Of a DNA stretch of 64,000 nt, positions 9,710 through 19,195 are shown in pieces. The translations under genes were made by a program, and so were the position numbers. The stretch is from Planctomycetota bacterium (lineage in GTDB: Bacteria > Planctomycetota > B15-G4 > JADJEK01), in contig JBGAIQ010000005.1 of the NCBI GenBank assembly GCA_044225365.1, forward strand, positions 1 to 64,000, in the 5' to 3' direction. Numbering within the stretch: the stretch's first letter is position 1; every line of letters starts with the position of its first letter. Below the pieces are notes generated by a model, which worked only from the letters and a program-made list of their open reading frames with translations, was not told the origin of the DNA and made no database searches.

Positions 9710-10911
9710 GATTCGCCGGAATCTACGGCACGAGCAACCAACGTTCCAGCGCTCGAACCCACGAGATCGCGGTACAGACGCGCGTGCTGGTCGACGACGC
9801 GCTCGATCGAGTGTCTCGCCAGAGCTCGCTCGCGCGCCGCGGCGCCGAGTCGCCCGCGAAGCGCATTGTCGGAGAGCGCGCGGGAGATGCCCTCGGCGAG
9901 CGCTCGTGGATCGTCGCCCGGGACCAGGATGCCCGTGACATCGTGGGTGATCAGGTCGGGCGTTCCCCCGACCGAGGTCGCGACGATCGCACAGCCAGCG
10001 GCCATCGCCTCGATGAGAGCTAGGCTCATCCCTTCGTTCTTCGAGGGCAGGACGACGAGGTCGGCACCAGGGAGGAGTTCGGGCAGATCGCTGCGAAAGC
10101 CATGGAAGCGCACGATGACGCGCGCGGGCAACTTCGCCGCGGCCGATTCGAGCTCGCTGCGAGACGGACCGTCACCCACGAGATGGACTTCGAGCGATCG
10201 CCCGTCGAGACGGACGCCATCGAGCGACTCGAAGAGCCCGAGATGGCCCTTGATCGGCACGAGCCGCGCGGGGACGAGGATCTGCGCCGCGGCCGGGTCG
10301 CGGGGTGCGAGGCGGGACCGGGCTGCTGCACTCCTCTCCCGCGTTGGGGTTGGAAAGGGCGAGAGATCGATCCCGTTGTCGATCACCTCGATGCGCTCGG
10401 CCGGTGCGATGCGATGCACGACCGCGAGTTCGCGCTTCACCGTCGCCGACACCGCGATGAGTCGGTCGGTGCGGCGGGCGAGCCGCCTCTCGATGCTCGC
10501 GAAGAGCGCAGCGATGGGCCGCGGGAAGTAACCCCGCAGCGAATGTCCGTGATAGGTGTGCACGACCTTCGCATCCGGAACGGCCGCGAACGCCGCGCGT
10601 CGACCGAGTGCACCGGCCTTTGCCGCGTGCGTATGGACGATCGCCGGCCGGAACTCGCGCAAGATCGCTTCGAGCGCCCGTCGCGCCGCGAAGTCGTGGA
10701 AGCCGATCGATCGGCGCATCGAAGGAACTCGCTCGATCCTCACGTCGTCGACGTTCGCGAGCAGGTCGCCCTCCTCGGGATCGCTGTTCCCGACGACCAG
10801 CAGCGTCTCGAACTCATCCCGCGGGAGGGCACGGCAGAGCCGCAGCGCGGTGCGCGCGGGCCCGCCTACGTTCGGCCGTCCGAGGATTCGTGCGATTCGG
10901 ATCATGCTCAC
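9706..10911 (-). CDS. Glycosyltransferase family 4
   Basis: NVGGPA, HTHAAKAG, HTYHGH and SKNEGMSLALIEAMAAG. Alternative start ATG 10905. Confidence 0.92.
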   Translation of the reverse strand: MSMIRIARILGRPNVGGPARTALRLCRALPRDEFETLLVVGNSDPEEGDLLANVDDVRIERVPSMRRSIGFHDFAARRALEAILREFRPAIVHTHAAKAGALGRRAAFAAVPDAKVVHTYHGHSLRGYFPRPIAALFASIERRLARRTDRLIAVSATVKRELAVVHRIAPAERIEVIDNGIDLSPFPTPTRERSAAARSRLAPRDPAAAQILVPARLVPIKGHLGLFESLDGVRLDGRSLEVHLVGDGPSRSELESAAAKLPARVIVRFHGFRSDLPELLPGADLVVLPSKNEGMSLALIEAMAAGCAIVATSVGGTPDLITHDVTGILVPGDDPRALAEGISRALSDNALRGRLGAAARERALARHSIERVVDQHARLYRDLVGSSAGTLVARAVDSGES

Positions 10912-11000
10912 TCTCGACCGCGTTTTGCCGCGAGATCATGAAGGGCCCACGACCCGACCCGATCCATCGCTTCCCGACATTCTGGTACAGTCCATCGGCG

Positions 11001-11441
11001 ATGCGATTCTCCTTCCTCTTCAAATTCGTCGCGATGTTCGCCGGCATCCTGGCGCTCGCTGTTTCCGCCTACTACCTGCGATCGACGCAGCGGTTCGTCG
11101 AAGGTGCGGTTCGCGGAACGGGAGTCGTCGTCGACCTGATCGAGAGCAAGACGGGATCTCGCCGGACGACGGTCTACAAGCCCCACATTCGCTTCACCGC
11201 CAACGATGGATCGATCGTCGACTTCGACGGCACCGTGGCGAGCAACCCACCGACGTATGCGAAGGGCGACACGGTCGCCATCCTGTATCGGCCCGGCGAG
11301 GCGAACAGCGCGCGGATCGACAACTTCTTCGGGATCTGGGGCGGCGTGTTCATCAGCGCGGTACTCGGCGTCGCCTTCATCCTTGCGGGTGCGATCCTCT
11401 TCTTCGTCGACGCGAAGAAGTCGAACCCCGAGGGTCCGTAG
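11001..11441 (+). CDS. DUF3592-like membrane protein
   Basis: Two TM helices flanking GVVVD...YKPHIRF...GDTVAILYRP. Confidence 0.75.
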   Translation: MRFSFLFKFVAMFAGILALAVSAYYLRSTQRFVEGAVRGTGVVVDLIESKTGSRRTTVYKPHIRFTANDGSIVDFDGTVASNPPTYAKGDTVAILYRPGEANSARIDNFFGIWGGVFISAVLGVAFILAGAILFFVDAKKSNPEGP

Positions 11442-11459
11442 GGGCGCTGAACTCCTCGA

Positions 11460-13367
11460 TCAGCGAGGATCGAAGCGGCGGAACCACGCGTCGAGTTGAA
11501 GCAGGTTCCAGAGGTACGCGGACCAGTCCTCTCGCCCCGAGCGGTGCCGAACGAGCAGTTCGCGCGCCGCACCATCCTTCAGGATCTTCCGCTCCGCGAA
11601 CGACTCGGAGAGCAATCGTTCCTCCGCGATCCCCCGCAACGGTCCCCGCAACCATTCGGCGAGGGGGACTCCGAAACCGCGCTTGCTCGCTCGCGCGACG
11701 GCGGGCGGCAGCTTGTCGTGCGCGAGCCGGCGCAGGACGGCCTTCGTCGCGCCGCCGGCCTGCAGGACCGAGTCGGGAATCGTCCGCGCGAATTCGACGA
11801 CGCGATGATCGAGGAGTGGACAACGCACTTCGAGCGAGTGCGCCATCGACGCTCGATCGGTCTTCACGAGGAGATCGTCGGGAAGGTACCGCGAGAGATC
11901 GAATCCGAGCGCGCAATGCAAGGTCGTTCCCCTGAGCGCTTGGAAGGCTCGAATCGACTCCCGATCGGGATCGGCATCACCGACCGCCGCGAGGAGTTCG
12001 GGATGGAAGAAGCGCGCGCGCAACGCGGCCGAGAAGCAACTCGACCAGTACGTATTTCGACTCGCCGAGTCCATCGGCAACGCGGTCACGAATCGCCGGA
12101 TCTGCCCGAGGAGCGATCGCCCCGCGACGCCGTTTCCGGGTTCGCGAAGCAGCGCTGCGAGCGCCCGCGGAACGAACTCGAGGAAGCGCGGGATCCGCGA
12201 ATCGATCGATTCGAGCTGGACCAGCGCACGATGTCGCTTGTAGCCGGCAAAGGCCTCGTCGCCGCCGTCGCCCGACAAGGCGACCTTCACGGACTTGCGC
12301 GTCTCTTCGCAGAGCAGCAACGTGGGCAACGCCGAGGAGTCGCCGAACGGCTCGTCGAAGGCCGCCGCGACGCGATCGATCGCGTGCGAGGGATCGAGTT
12401 CGATCTCGCGCACCCGAAGGTCGAGGCCGAGATGTCGCGCGGTCGCGGCCGCGAGTTCGCGCTCGTCGTAGCGTCCATCGCGAAATCCGATCGTGAAGCA
12501 GAGCGGTTCGAATCCGCCTTCGCGCGCGGCGGCGGCGATGAGACCCGAGTCGATCCCGCCCGACAGGAAGACGCCGACCGGCACGTCCGAGGCGAAGCGC
12601 GCGCTCACCGCGGGAACGAGCAACTCCCACGTGCGTTTCGCGGCGGCATCGAGCGTCGAGGGGACGGGCGTCGCAGGAGGCGCCGCGTACCAGCGCTTGC
12701 GCGTGATCGTCCCGTTCTCGGCGATCAGCATCTCCCCCGGCATCAGGCGCTCGATGGTCGCGAACGTCGAACGCGGCCCAGCGACGAAGGACAGCGCGAG
12801 GAACGAGACGATCGACGAAGGGTCGGGCGTGAACGGTGCGCCGGCAGCGATTAGGGCCGCGGGCTCGGATGCGAAGTCGATTCGGCCGCCGTCGATCCGG
12901 AAGTACACGGGCTTCTTGCCGAACCGATCCCGGCAGAGGATCAGGCGCCTCCGCGTGCGATCGATGAGGGCCAGCGCGAACATGCCTTCGAGTCTCGCGA
13001 CGAACTCATCGCCGTCCCGCCGATACAGGTGCGGCACGATCTCGGCGTCGCCGGTCGAGTGGAGTCGCACCCCGGCTGCCTCGAGCTCGGCGCGCAGCGC
13101 CTTGTAGTTGTAGATCTCCCCGTTCACCATCGACGCGACGCCGCCGCCCTCGATGCGATGCGGTTGATCACCGGCCGGGGAGAGATCGAGGATCGCGAGG
13201 CGACGAAACCCGAGCACGCCGTCCGCGCCGCGATCGAGCTTCTCGGCATCCGGCCCGCGATGCACGAGCGCGCGCAGCATCGTCGCGACGTGACGTGCGA
13301 GATCGGGATCCTGCGGGTCGGACGCGGCGGATGGGCCGAAGAGGAACGATCCGGCGATCCCGCACAT
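11460..13367 (-). CDS. asnB: Asparagine synthase (glutamine-hydrolysing) family amidotransferase
   Basis: MCGIAG, HRGPD, NGEIYN, RDRFGKKP, LSGGIDS, SGDGGDE and DRASMAHSLEVR. Confidence 0.95.
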   Translation of the reverse strand: MCGIAGSFLFGPSAASDPQDPDLARHVATMLRALVHRGPDAEKLDRGADGVLGFRRLAILDLSPAGDQPHRIEGGGVASMVNGEIYNYKALRAELEAAGVRLHSTGDAEIVPHLYRRDGDEFVARLEGMFALALIDRTRRRLILCRDRFGKKPVYFRIDGGRIDFASEPAALIAAGAPFTPDPSSIVSFLALSFVAGPRSTFATIERLMPGEMLIAENGTITRKRWYAAPPATPVPSTLDAAAKRTWELLVPAVSARFASDVPVGVFLSGGIDSGLIAAAAREGGFEPLCFTIGFRDGRYDERELAAATARHLGLDLRVREIELDPSHAIDRVAAAFDEPFGDSSALPTLLLCEETRKSVKVALSGDGGDEAFAGYKRHRALVQLESIDSRIPRFLEFVPRALAALLREPGNGVAGRSLLGQIRRFVTALPMDSASRNTYWSSCFSAALRARFFHPELLAAVGDADPDRESIRAFQALRGTTLHCALGFDLSRYLPDDLLVKTDRASMAHSLEVRCPLLDHRVVEFARTIPDSVLQAGGATKAVLRRLAHDKLPPAVARASKRGFGVPLAEWLRGPLRGIAEERLLSESFAERKILKDGAARELLVRHRSGREDWSAYLWNLLQLDAWFRRFDPR

Positions 13368-13371
13368 CGCT

Positions 13372-14340
13372 TCAGGTCGCTAGCGCGAGATGCGATTGCC
13401 GCTCGCAGGCGAGCGCGTCGACGGCGTCTTCGAGGGAGTGGCGCTCGATCGAACCGAGCAGCGTCTCGAGTCGCACGAGATTGGGAACGCGGCGCGCGAT
13501 CTCCACGCCGCCCCGCGCCAGCGGCGGAGGCGAGAGCCGAACGCGCGACGCCGACTTCAAACGGCGCGTCACCATGCGCGCGAGTTCGATCATCGACGCC
13601 TCGGTGCGACCGCCGAGATTGATCGCGGCGAACGGGAAGCGCTCACGTGCGACGAGTCGAAGAAGCACGTCCGCAGCATCGCGCACGTCGAGGAAGCACC
13701 GCCGCTGCGTTCCGTCGCCATGGACGACGAGATCGTCCCCCGCGAGGGCGTCGAGCACGAAGCGTGGGAGCACGGCCCCGCCGTCCTCGGACTGGCGCGG
13801 CCCCACGATGTTGAACGGGCGCACGACGAGCACCTTGGCGCCCGCGTCGAATGCGCGCAGTCCCATGCGATCCGCCGCGAGCTTGGCGCGGGCGTACGAG
13901 AGACGCGGCGCGGTGCCGTCGATCGACGGCGGGACGTCGTCCTCGGTGACCGGCGTCGGCGGCGTGAACCCGTAGATCTCGGAGCTCGAGACCAGAACGA
14001 GCGGGATTCCTTCCATGGCGCAGCGCGCGAGGACGCATGCTGTGCCGTCCTCGATCACGTGGCGCGTGCGCTCGGGTTCCTTCGCGACGCGCTCGACGCC
14101 GACCGTCGACGCGAGATGGACGACGCGGTCGGCCCCGCGAACGACTTCCGCGACCCGACGCGCATCGGTCACGCAACCGACATGGAACTCGATGACCCGC
14201 TCACAGTCGCGCAGGTGGCTCGTGGAGCCCGTCGATAGATCGTCGAGCACGACGACTTCGTGGCCCTCGGCCACGAGACGTTCGACGAGATGGGAACCGA
14301 CGAACCCGGCACCGCCGGAGACGACCACGCGCATGGCCAC
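13372..14340 (-). CDS. NAD-dependent epimerase/dehydratase (extended SDR)
   Basis: GGAGFVGSH, SSSEIYG, YxxxK (YARAK) and RPFNIVGPRQ. Confidence 0.92.
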   Translation of the reverse strand: MAMRVVVSGGAGFVGSHLVERLVAEGHEVVVLDDLSTGSTSHLRDCERVIEFHVGCVTDARRVAEVVRGADRVVHLASTVGVERVAKEPERTRHVIEDGTACVLARCAMEGIPLVLVSSSEIYGFTPPTPVTEDDVPPSIDGTAPRLSYARAKLAADRMGLRAFDAGAKVLVVRPFNIVGPRQSEDGGAVLPRFVLDALAGDDLVVHGDGTQRRCFLDVRDAADVLLRLVARERFPFAAINLGGRTEASMIELARMVTRRLKSASRVRLSPPPLARGGVEIARRVPNLVRLETLLGSIERHSLEDAVDALACERQSHLALAT

Positions 14341-14462
14341 TCATCCTCGCGAGGAAACGACGCGCGCTCAAGACGAACGTGAAAAAGGATCCTTCCGACT
14401 CAATCGCCGCGCCGGTGCGCCGATGCCTCGACGGGAACCGCGACCACCGGACTGGGAGGGAA

Positions 14463-14548
14463 TGGTGAGGGAGGCGGGACTCGAACCCGCACGATCTTTC
14501 GATCCCGGGATTTTAAGTCCCGTGCGGCTGCCGTTTCGCCACTCCCCC
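14463..14548 (-). tRNA. tRNA-Leu (anticodon TAA)
   Basis: Reverse complement folds as a cloverleaf: GGGGGAG acceptor stem, anticodon arm CGGGA-CT-TAA-AA-TCCCG, long variable arm, GTTCGAGTC and CCA end. Confidence 0.95.
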
Positions 14549-14634
14549 GAATCGACAGCGTCGAGGTCGACCGAGTCGAGCCGCTTCCGGCGGCCTTCAG
14601 CGCTCACGGTGGGCCGCGCGGAGGAAGGTGAAAT

Positions 14635-14709
14635 TGGAGGCGGCACCCGGATTTGAACCGGGGAATGACGGTTTTGCAAACCGTTGCCTTACCACTTGGC
14701 TATGCCGCC
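14635..14709 (-). tRNA. tRNA-Cys (anticodon GCA)
   Basis: GGCGGCATAGCCAAGTGGTAAGGC...TTGCAAA...GGTTCAAATCC...GCCGCCTCCA. Confidence 0.95.
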
Positions 14710-14912
14710 CCACCACGCGTAGGTCGTGATCGGAGGGGAAACCTTACGGCGGATGGCCCCTGCGTTCAATACGCAATTCGCGCGCGATCCGAACGGTGTG
14801 TCGACGCAGAAATGGCACGGGTCTGGATCATGCCGTAGACTCCCGATCCGATCGCGTTCGCGGCTTGCCACTCGCCGACTCGGCAAGGGCGGCGGTCGTC
14901 CCGGAGTCCTGC

Positions 14913-16118
14913 TTGCGCATTCTGATCACGACGCCCGTCTTCCCTCCCGACCTCGGTGGACCCGCGGTGTACGTGCCGAACATCGCGAACTTCCTGCTCG
15001 ACCGCGGCCACGAGGTGAAGGTCGTGGCGTTCTGCGAGGACCCGAATCCGAAGGGATACCGATTCCCGGTCGTGGCGATCACCCGAGTTTCGCTCCCGTT
15101 GCGCTACCTGAAGTCGTTCTTCGCGATCCTGCGCGAGGCCAAGGACGTCGACCTCGTGTACGTGCAGGAGCACCTCGCCCTGCTCGCGGTCGCCGCCGCG
15201 AAACTGCGCGGCAAGAAGTGCGTCGTGCGGGTGATGGTCGATGGCTCGTGGGAGATCGCTCACCGGTACGGGTGGACGAACGACGACATCGACGCGTTCC
15301 AGAAGAAGAGCTACGGCTGGAAGGTCGCGCTGACCCGCTTCCTGCAACGCCGTTGGTGGAATTGGGTCGACGCGATCGTCCCCGTTTCCGACTACCTGCG
15401 CGGCATCGTCGCGGGACACGGCATCGACCCTCGCAAACTGCATCTCATCCACAACGTCTACAACGGACCGAAGGACTTCGCCCTGACCCGCGCGCAGTGC
15501 CGCGCCGAGCTCGGCCTCGCGGCGGATACCAAGATCGTGGTGACCGTGTGTCGTCTCATGGTGTGGAAGGGCGTCGACGGGTTGATCCGGGCGATCGCGC
15601 GGTTGAAGAAGGGAATCGAGACGGCCGCGCCGCTCGATCTCCAGCTCGTCGTCGTCGGGGACGGCGATCAACTCGAGAACTGGACACAGCTCGCTGCCGC
15701 CGAAGGCGTGAGCGATCGGGTGCGCTTCGTCGGCAATCGACCGCACGCCGAGACGCTGAAATGGATCAAGGCCGCGGACGCGTTTGCGCTGAACTCGCGC
15801 TACGAGGGCCTCTCGCATACGCTCCTCGAGGTCATGTTCCTCGGCACCCCGATCGTCTGCTCGAACGTATGCGGGAATCCCGAACTCGTCGCCGACCGGG
15901 TCAACGGATTGCTCGCGGGCTTCAACGACGTCCCCGTGATCGCGAACCAGCTCGCAAGGCTGTTCACCGACCGTGAAGCGGCCGAGCTCTACGCGCGGCG
16001 GTCGCAGGAGAAGGTCCGCTTCTTCGAACGCGACGCGATGTACGGCAAGGTGATCGCGCTCTTCGAGCAGCTCACGAGCACGACCTCGAAGACCTCGAGC
16101 GAGCCCGTCGCGCGCTGA
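14913..16118 (+). CDS. Glycosyltransferase family 4
   Basis: TTG start after GGAG giving (M)RILITTPVFPPDLGGPA; CRLMVWKG and SRYEGLSHTLLE. Confidence 0.9.
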   Translation: MRILITTPVFPPDLGGPAVYVPNIANFLLDRGHEVKVVAFCEDPNPKGYRFPVVAITRVSLPLRYLKSFFAILREAKDVDLVYVQEHLALLAVAAAKLRGKKCVVRVMVDGSWEIAHRYGWTNDDIDAFQKKSYGWKVALTRFLQRRWWNWVDAIVPVSDYLRGIVAGHGIDPRKLHLIHNVYNGPKDFALTRAQCRAELGLAADTKIVVTVCRLMVWKGVDGLIRAIARLKKGIETAAPLDLQLVVVGDGDQLENWTQLAAAEGVSDRVRFVGNRPHAETLKWIKAADAFALNSRYEGLSHTLLEVMFLGTPIVCSNVCGNPELVADRVNGLLAGFNDVPVIANQLARLFTDREAAELYARRSQEKVRFFERDAMYGKVIALFEQLTSTTSKTSSEPVAR

Positions 16119-16217
16119 TCCCCCGCAACGAGCGCCACACTCTCGAATCCGGACTCACCGTCCACGTTCGACACTCCGCGAGGCTTTAGAACGGACTCTT
16201 GGAAATCGTGGCAGCCG

Positions 16218-16233
16218 TGGTTCGCTAGTTGCG
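16218..16233 (+). promoter_or_regulatory. Putative sigma-54 (-24/-12) promoter
   Basis: TGGTTCG-CTAG-TTGCG with exact GG-N10-GC spacing, about 60 bp upstream of the 914-aa gene. Confidence 0.5.
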
Positions 16234-16295
16234 CATGGGAAAGCACGGATGCTCGCTGCCGCTCCCCCCGGCGGGCTCGAAACGGAACGAATCCC

Positions 16296-19040
16296 ATGAA
16301 CCGAATCCCTCCCCGCTCCTTCTTCCCCCGTCACTTCCAAGTCCTCGGACTCGCCCTCCTCGGGGCGGCCGCGGCGCTCGCGGCGCCCCCGCAGAACGCG
16401 GCGCTCCTTGCGCCCGGCGACTCCGCATCGGAGCCTCCGATCGGCGCCCAGCAACACCCGTGGATCGCGGCCGGCGGGGGCAACTACCTCGCAGTCTGGG
16501 ACGACGCGCGTGCCGTGTTCGGCTCGGTGAACACCGACCAGCCGCTGACCGGCAATCAGACCGACATCTACGGAATGCGTCTCGACGCCAACGGCAATCC
16601 GCTCGACGCGACACCGATCGTGATCTGCAATCTCGGGCGGAACCAGACGCGACCCCGCGTGTCGTGGAATGGTCAGAATTGGCTCGTCGTCTTCGTCAGC
16701 GAGCGTCCGGACTGGTACTTCTTCGAAGACATCGTCGGCGTTCGCGTCGCGCCCGACGGAACCGTGCTCGATTCGACCCCGATCCCGATCCGTCTGGAAC
16801 AGAACTCGCCCGCCAACTACTACGGCACGAATCCCTATGTCACGAGCGACGGTACGAACTGGATCGCGGTGTGGGAGGACTGGGACCCCGCGACGTTCAA
16901 GCCGAACGTCAAGGGCACGAGAATCGCGCCCGACGGCACGGTCCTCGATCCCACCTGGCCGGTGCTCTACCAGTACAACGTCGCTGCGTTCGGTCCGCGC
17001 GAACCGCGGATCGAGCCCGGCAACGGTGAACTCCTGTTGACCTGGCGCGATGCGACGGGCTCCCCGGTCCAAGGCCGCAGGATCAGCAACGCGCTCGTTC
17101 CGCTCGCGGCTCCGTTCACGATCACGACGGCCTCCGCGTCGGGACCGGTTTGCCTCGCATCAAGTGGAACGATGTGGTTCGTGGTGAACGGCTTGAAGGG
17201 TTATCGCATCGGTGCAGGCGGCGCCCTGCTCGACCCCACTGGAATCACGCTTCCGATCGCCGGTTTCTTGACGAACCCGCTCGGCCTCGCGGCCACGTTC
17301 AACGGTTCCAACTTCGTGTTCTCGTACAGCGCCACTCCATCGGGCGGCGGGGATGCGAACTGCAACATGATCCGCATCGCAACGAGCGGGACCATCCTCG
17401 ACGCATCGCCGATCGTGTACGCCGGTAGTTCCGCCGACGAGTTCCAGCCGGCGATCGCCGGCGCGAACGGTCGCACCGAAGCGATCTACTCCTGGCGCGG
17501 CACGAATCCGCTCACGATCGACGACATGAAGAGCTCCGCGATCGATGCGAACGGGAACCCGGCCGCCGCGGTCGGAGTCTCCGACGGTCGCCCGCGTCAG
17601 GAATATGCGCACGTGACCACGGCAGGGAACACACTTCTCTCCGTCTACACGAGCCGCACCTCGCAAGCGACCCGCGTGCTGGCGCAGCGTTTCAACGCCG
17701 ACGGCACCGCGATCGACGCCAATCCCGTGGTCGTCCGCAATGGCGGACCGAACGAGTTCTACAAACCGCAATGCGCGTGGAACGGCAGCACGTTCCTCGT
17801 CGGCTACGTCGATTCCACGCAGGGTGTCGTCGTCCGCCGCTACGACGCGAATCTGAATCCGCTCGACGCGAGTCCGATCCAGGTGTTCGCGACGGGCACG
17901 ACGATCGCGGTCGGAGCCAACGGCGGCGACTTCCTCGTCGCCGCGACCTACACCGTCTCGGGCAATCTCAGCTTCCTGCACGCGAAGCGCGTTCGCGGCA
18001 GCGACGGAGCGATCCTCGATGCGACCGCACTCGAGGTCTTCGGCAACTTCACGGAGCGGACGAACATCGTCGAGCTCGCCGGTCAGTGGCTCGTCGTCTC
18101 GACTCGCCGCGCCACGCACGACAGCCCCGCGACCGCGACCTGGGCGCGCTTCGTCGACGTGTTCGGAACCATGGGTCCGCAGATCCAGGTGAGCGGCCCC
18201 GGTTACGGCTTCTGGTCCGACGTCGCGGTGATGGGCGATCGCGCCCTCGTCGTGTACGACGACGACTCGAACTTCAACGGCGATCGCATCGAAGGTCGCC
18301 TGATCGACTCCGGCGGCGGACTCCTGACGAATGAATTCGTCATCGCCGACGCCGACCGCAAGCAGATGTTCCCGACGGTCAGCTCCGACGGCTACCACTT
18401 CCTCGTGGGCTGGGTCGACTATCGCAGCAACATCGTGAGCTCCTTCCAGGTCGACCAACTCCGTGGCGATCTCTACGCCACCCGCGTCACGCAGAACGGC
18501 GACGTCCTCGATCCGAACGGAGTGCAGCTGATCTCGACGCCGACGCCGGAAGACCTGCCCGATCTCGCTTCGGCCAACGGCCTCACGACGATCTTCTACA
18601 GCGGACTCGGCACGGCGGGCACGGTGCAGGACACGCCACGCCTCAGCATCCTCCGGGTCGACACCGCGGTGCCCTCGCCGTGGAAGGACCTCGGCTTCGC
18701 GCTGCCCGGCGCCCTTGGCGCACCGCACCTCGCGGGCTTCGGCGACGCGTTGATCGGGACTCCGAGCGCGATCGTGCTGACGAACGGCAAGGCGCTCTCG
18801 CCGGCCTTCCTCTTCCTCGGCGGATCGCAAGTGAATCTCCCGCTCCTCGGCGGCACGCTCGTCCCCGCTCCCGCGATCATCGTCCCGCTCGCGACGGATG
18901 GTCTCGGCGGCCTTTCCCTCGCAACGCCGTTCCCCGGCGGCCCGAGCGGCGTCAACGCGTATCTCCAGATCTGGATCGCCGACCCGACAGGACTGTTCGG
19001 CGCCACCGCGAGCAATGGTCTGAAACTGACGCTTCCCTGA
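16296..19040 (+). CDS. Large secreted beta-repeat protein with shared C-terminal domain
   Basis: Signal peptide; repeated WNGxxWLVV and R[VI]xxDGxxLD units; C-terminal LQIWIADP...ASNGLKLTLP. Confidence 0.8.
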   Translation: MNRIPPRSFFPRHFQVLGLALLGAAAALAAPPQNAALLAPGDSASEPPIGAQQHPWIAAGGGNYLAVWDDARAVFGSVNTDQPLTGNQTDIYGMRLDANGNPLDATPIVICNLGRNQTRPRVSWNGQNWLVVFVSERPDWYFFEDIVGVRVAPDGTVLDSTPIPIRLEQNSPANYYGTNPYVTSDGTNWIAVWEDWDPATFKPNVKGTRIAPDGTVLDPTWPVLYQYNVAAFGPREPRIEPGNGELLLTWRDATGSPVQGRRISNALVPLAAPFTITTASASGPVCLASSGTMWFVVNGLKGYRIGAGGALLDPTGITLPIAGFLTNPLGLAATFNGSNFVFSYSATPSGGGDANCNMIRIATSGTILDASPIVYAGSSADEFQPAIAGANGRTEAIYSWRGTNPLTIDDMKSSAIDANGNPAAAVGVSDGRPRQEYAHVTTAGNTLLSVYTSRTSQATRVLAQRFNADGTAIDANPVVVRNGGPNEFYKPQCAWNGSTFLVGYVDSTQGVVVRRYDANLNPLDASPIQVFATGTTIAVGANGGDFLVAATYTVSGNLSFLHAKRVRGSDGAILDATALEVFGNFTERTNIVELAGQWLVVSTRRATHDSPATATWARFVDVFGTMGPQIQVSGPGYGFWSDVAVMGDRALVVYDDDSNFNGDRIEGRLIDSGGGLLTNEFVIADADRKQMFPTVSSDGYHFLVGWVDYRSNIVSSFQVDQLRGDLYATRVTQNGDVLDPNGVQLISTPTPEDLPDLASANGLTTIFYSGLGTAGTVQDTPRLSILRVDTAVPSPWKDLGFALPGALGAPHLAGFGDALIGTPSAIVLTNGKALSPAFLFLGGSQVNLPLLGGTLVPAPAIIVPLATDGLGGLSLATPFPGGPSGVNAYLQIWIADPTGLFGATASNGLKLTLP

Positions 19041-19094
19041 GCCGAACGAATCCCCGCCGATCGTGACCGCTCGGCACGATTCGGGCAGAATGAC

Positions 19095-19136
19095 GAGACC
19101 TGCTACGCCGATCTCATCGTCGGCGTAGCAGGTCTC
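19095..19136. terminator. Bidirectional hairpin between convergent genes
   Basis: Perfect 17-bp stem GAGACCTGCTACGCCGA / TCGGCGTAGCAGGTCTC with an 8-nt loop. Confidence 0.7.
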
Positions 19137-19195
19137 TCGCATTCGAGTCTTCCGCGCAGCGGTCGAGCTGGACTCGTGTCCTCCCGCGATCGAGA

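Noticed and set aside
14463-14548. bldA-like control through the rare TTA codon
   Set aside because: TTA codons occur (e.g. sulfatase near 675, hydrolase at 3118), but tRNA-Leu(TAA) is universal and nothing here indicates regulation.
14463-14709. tRNA-anchored genomic island (also considered at tRNA-Arg 55208)
   Set aside because: No integrase, and I saw no duplicated tRNA 3' end in the window.
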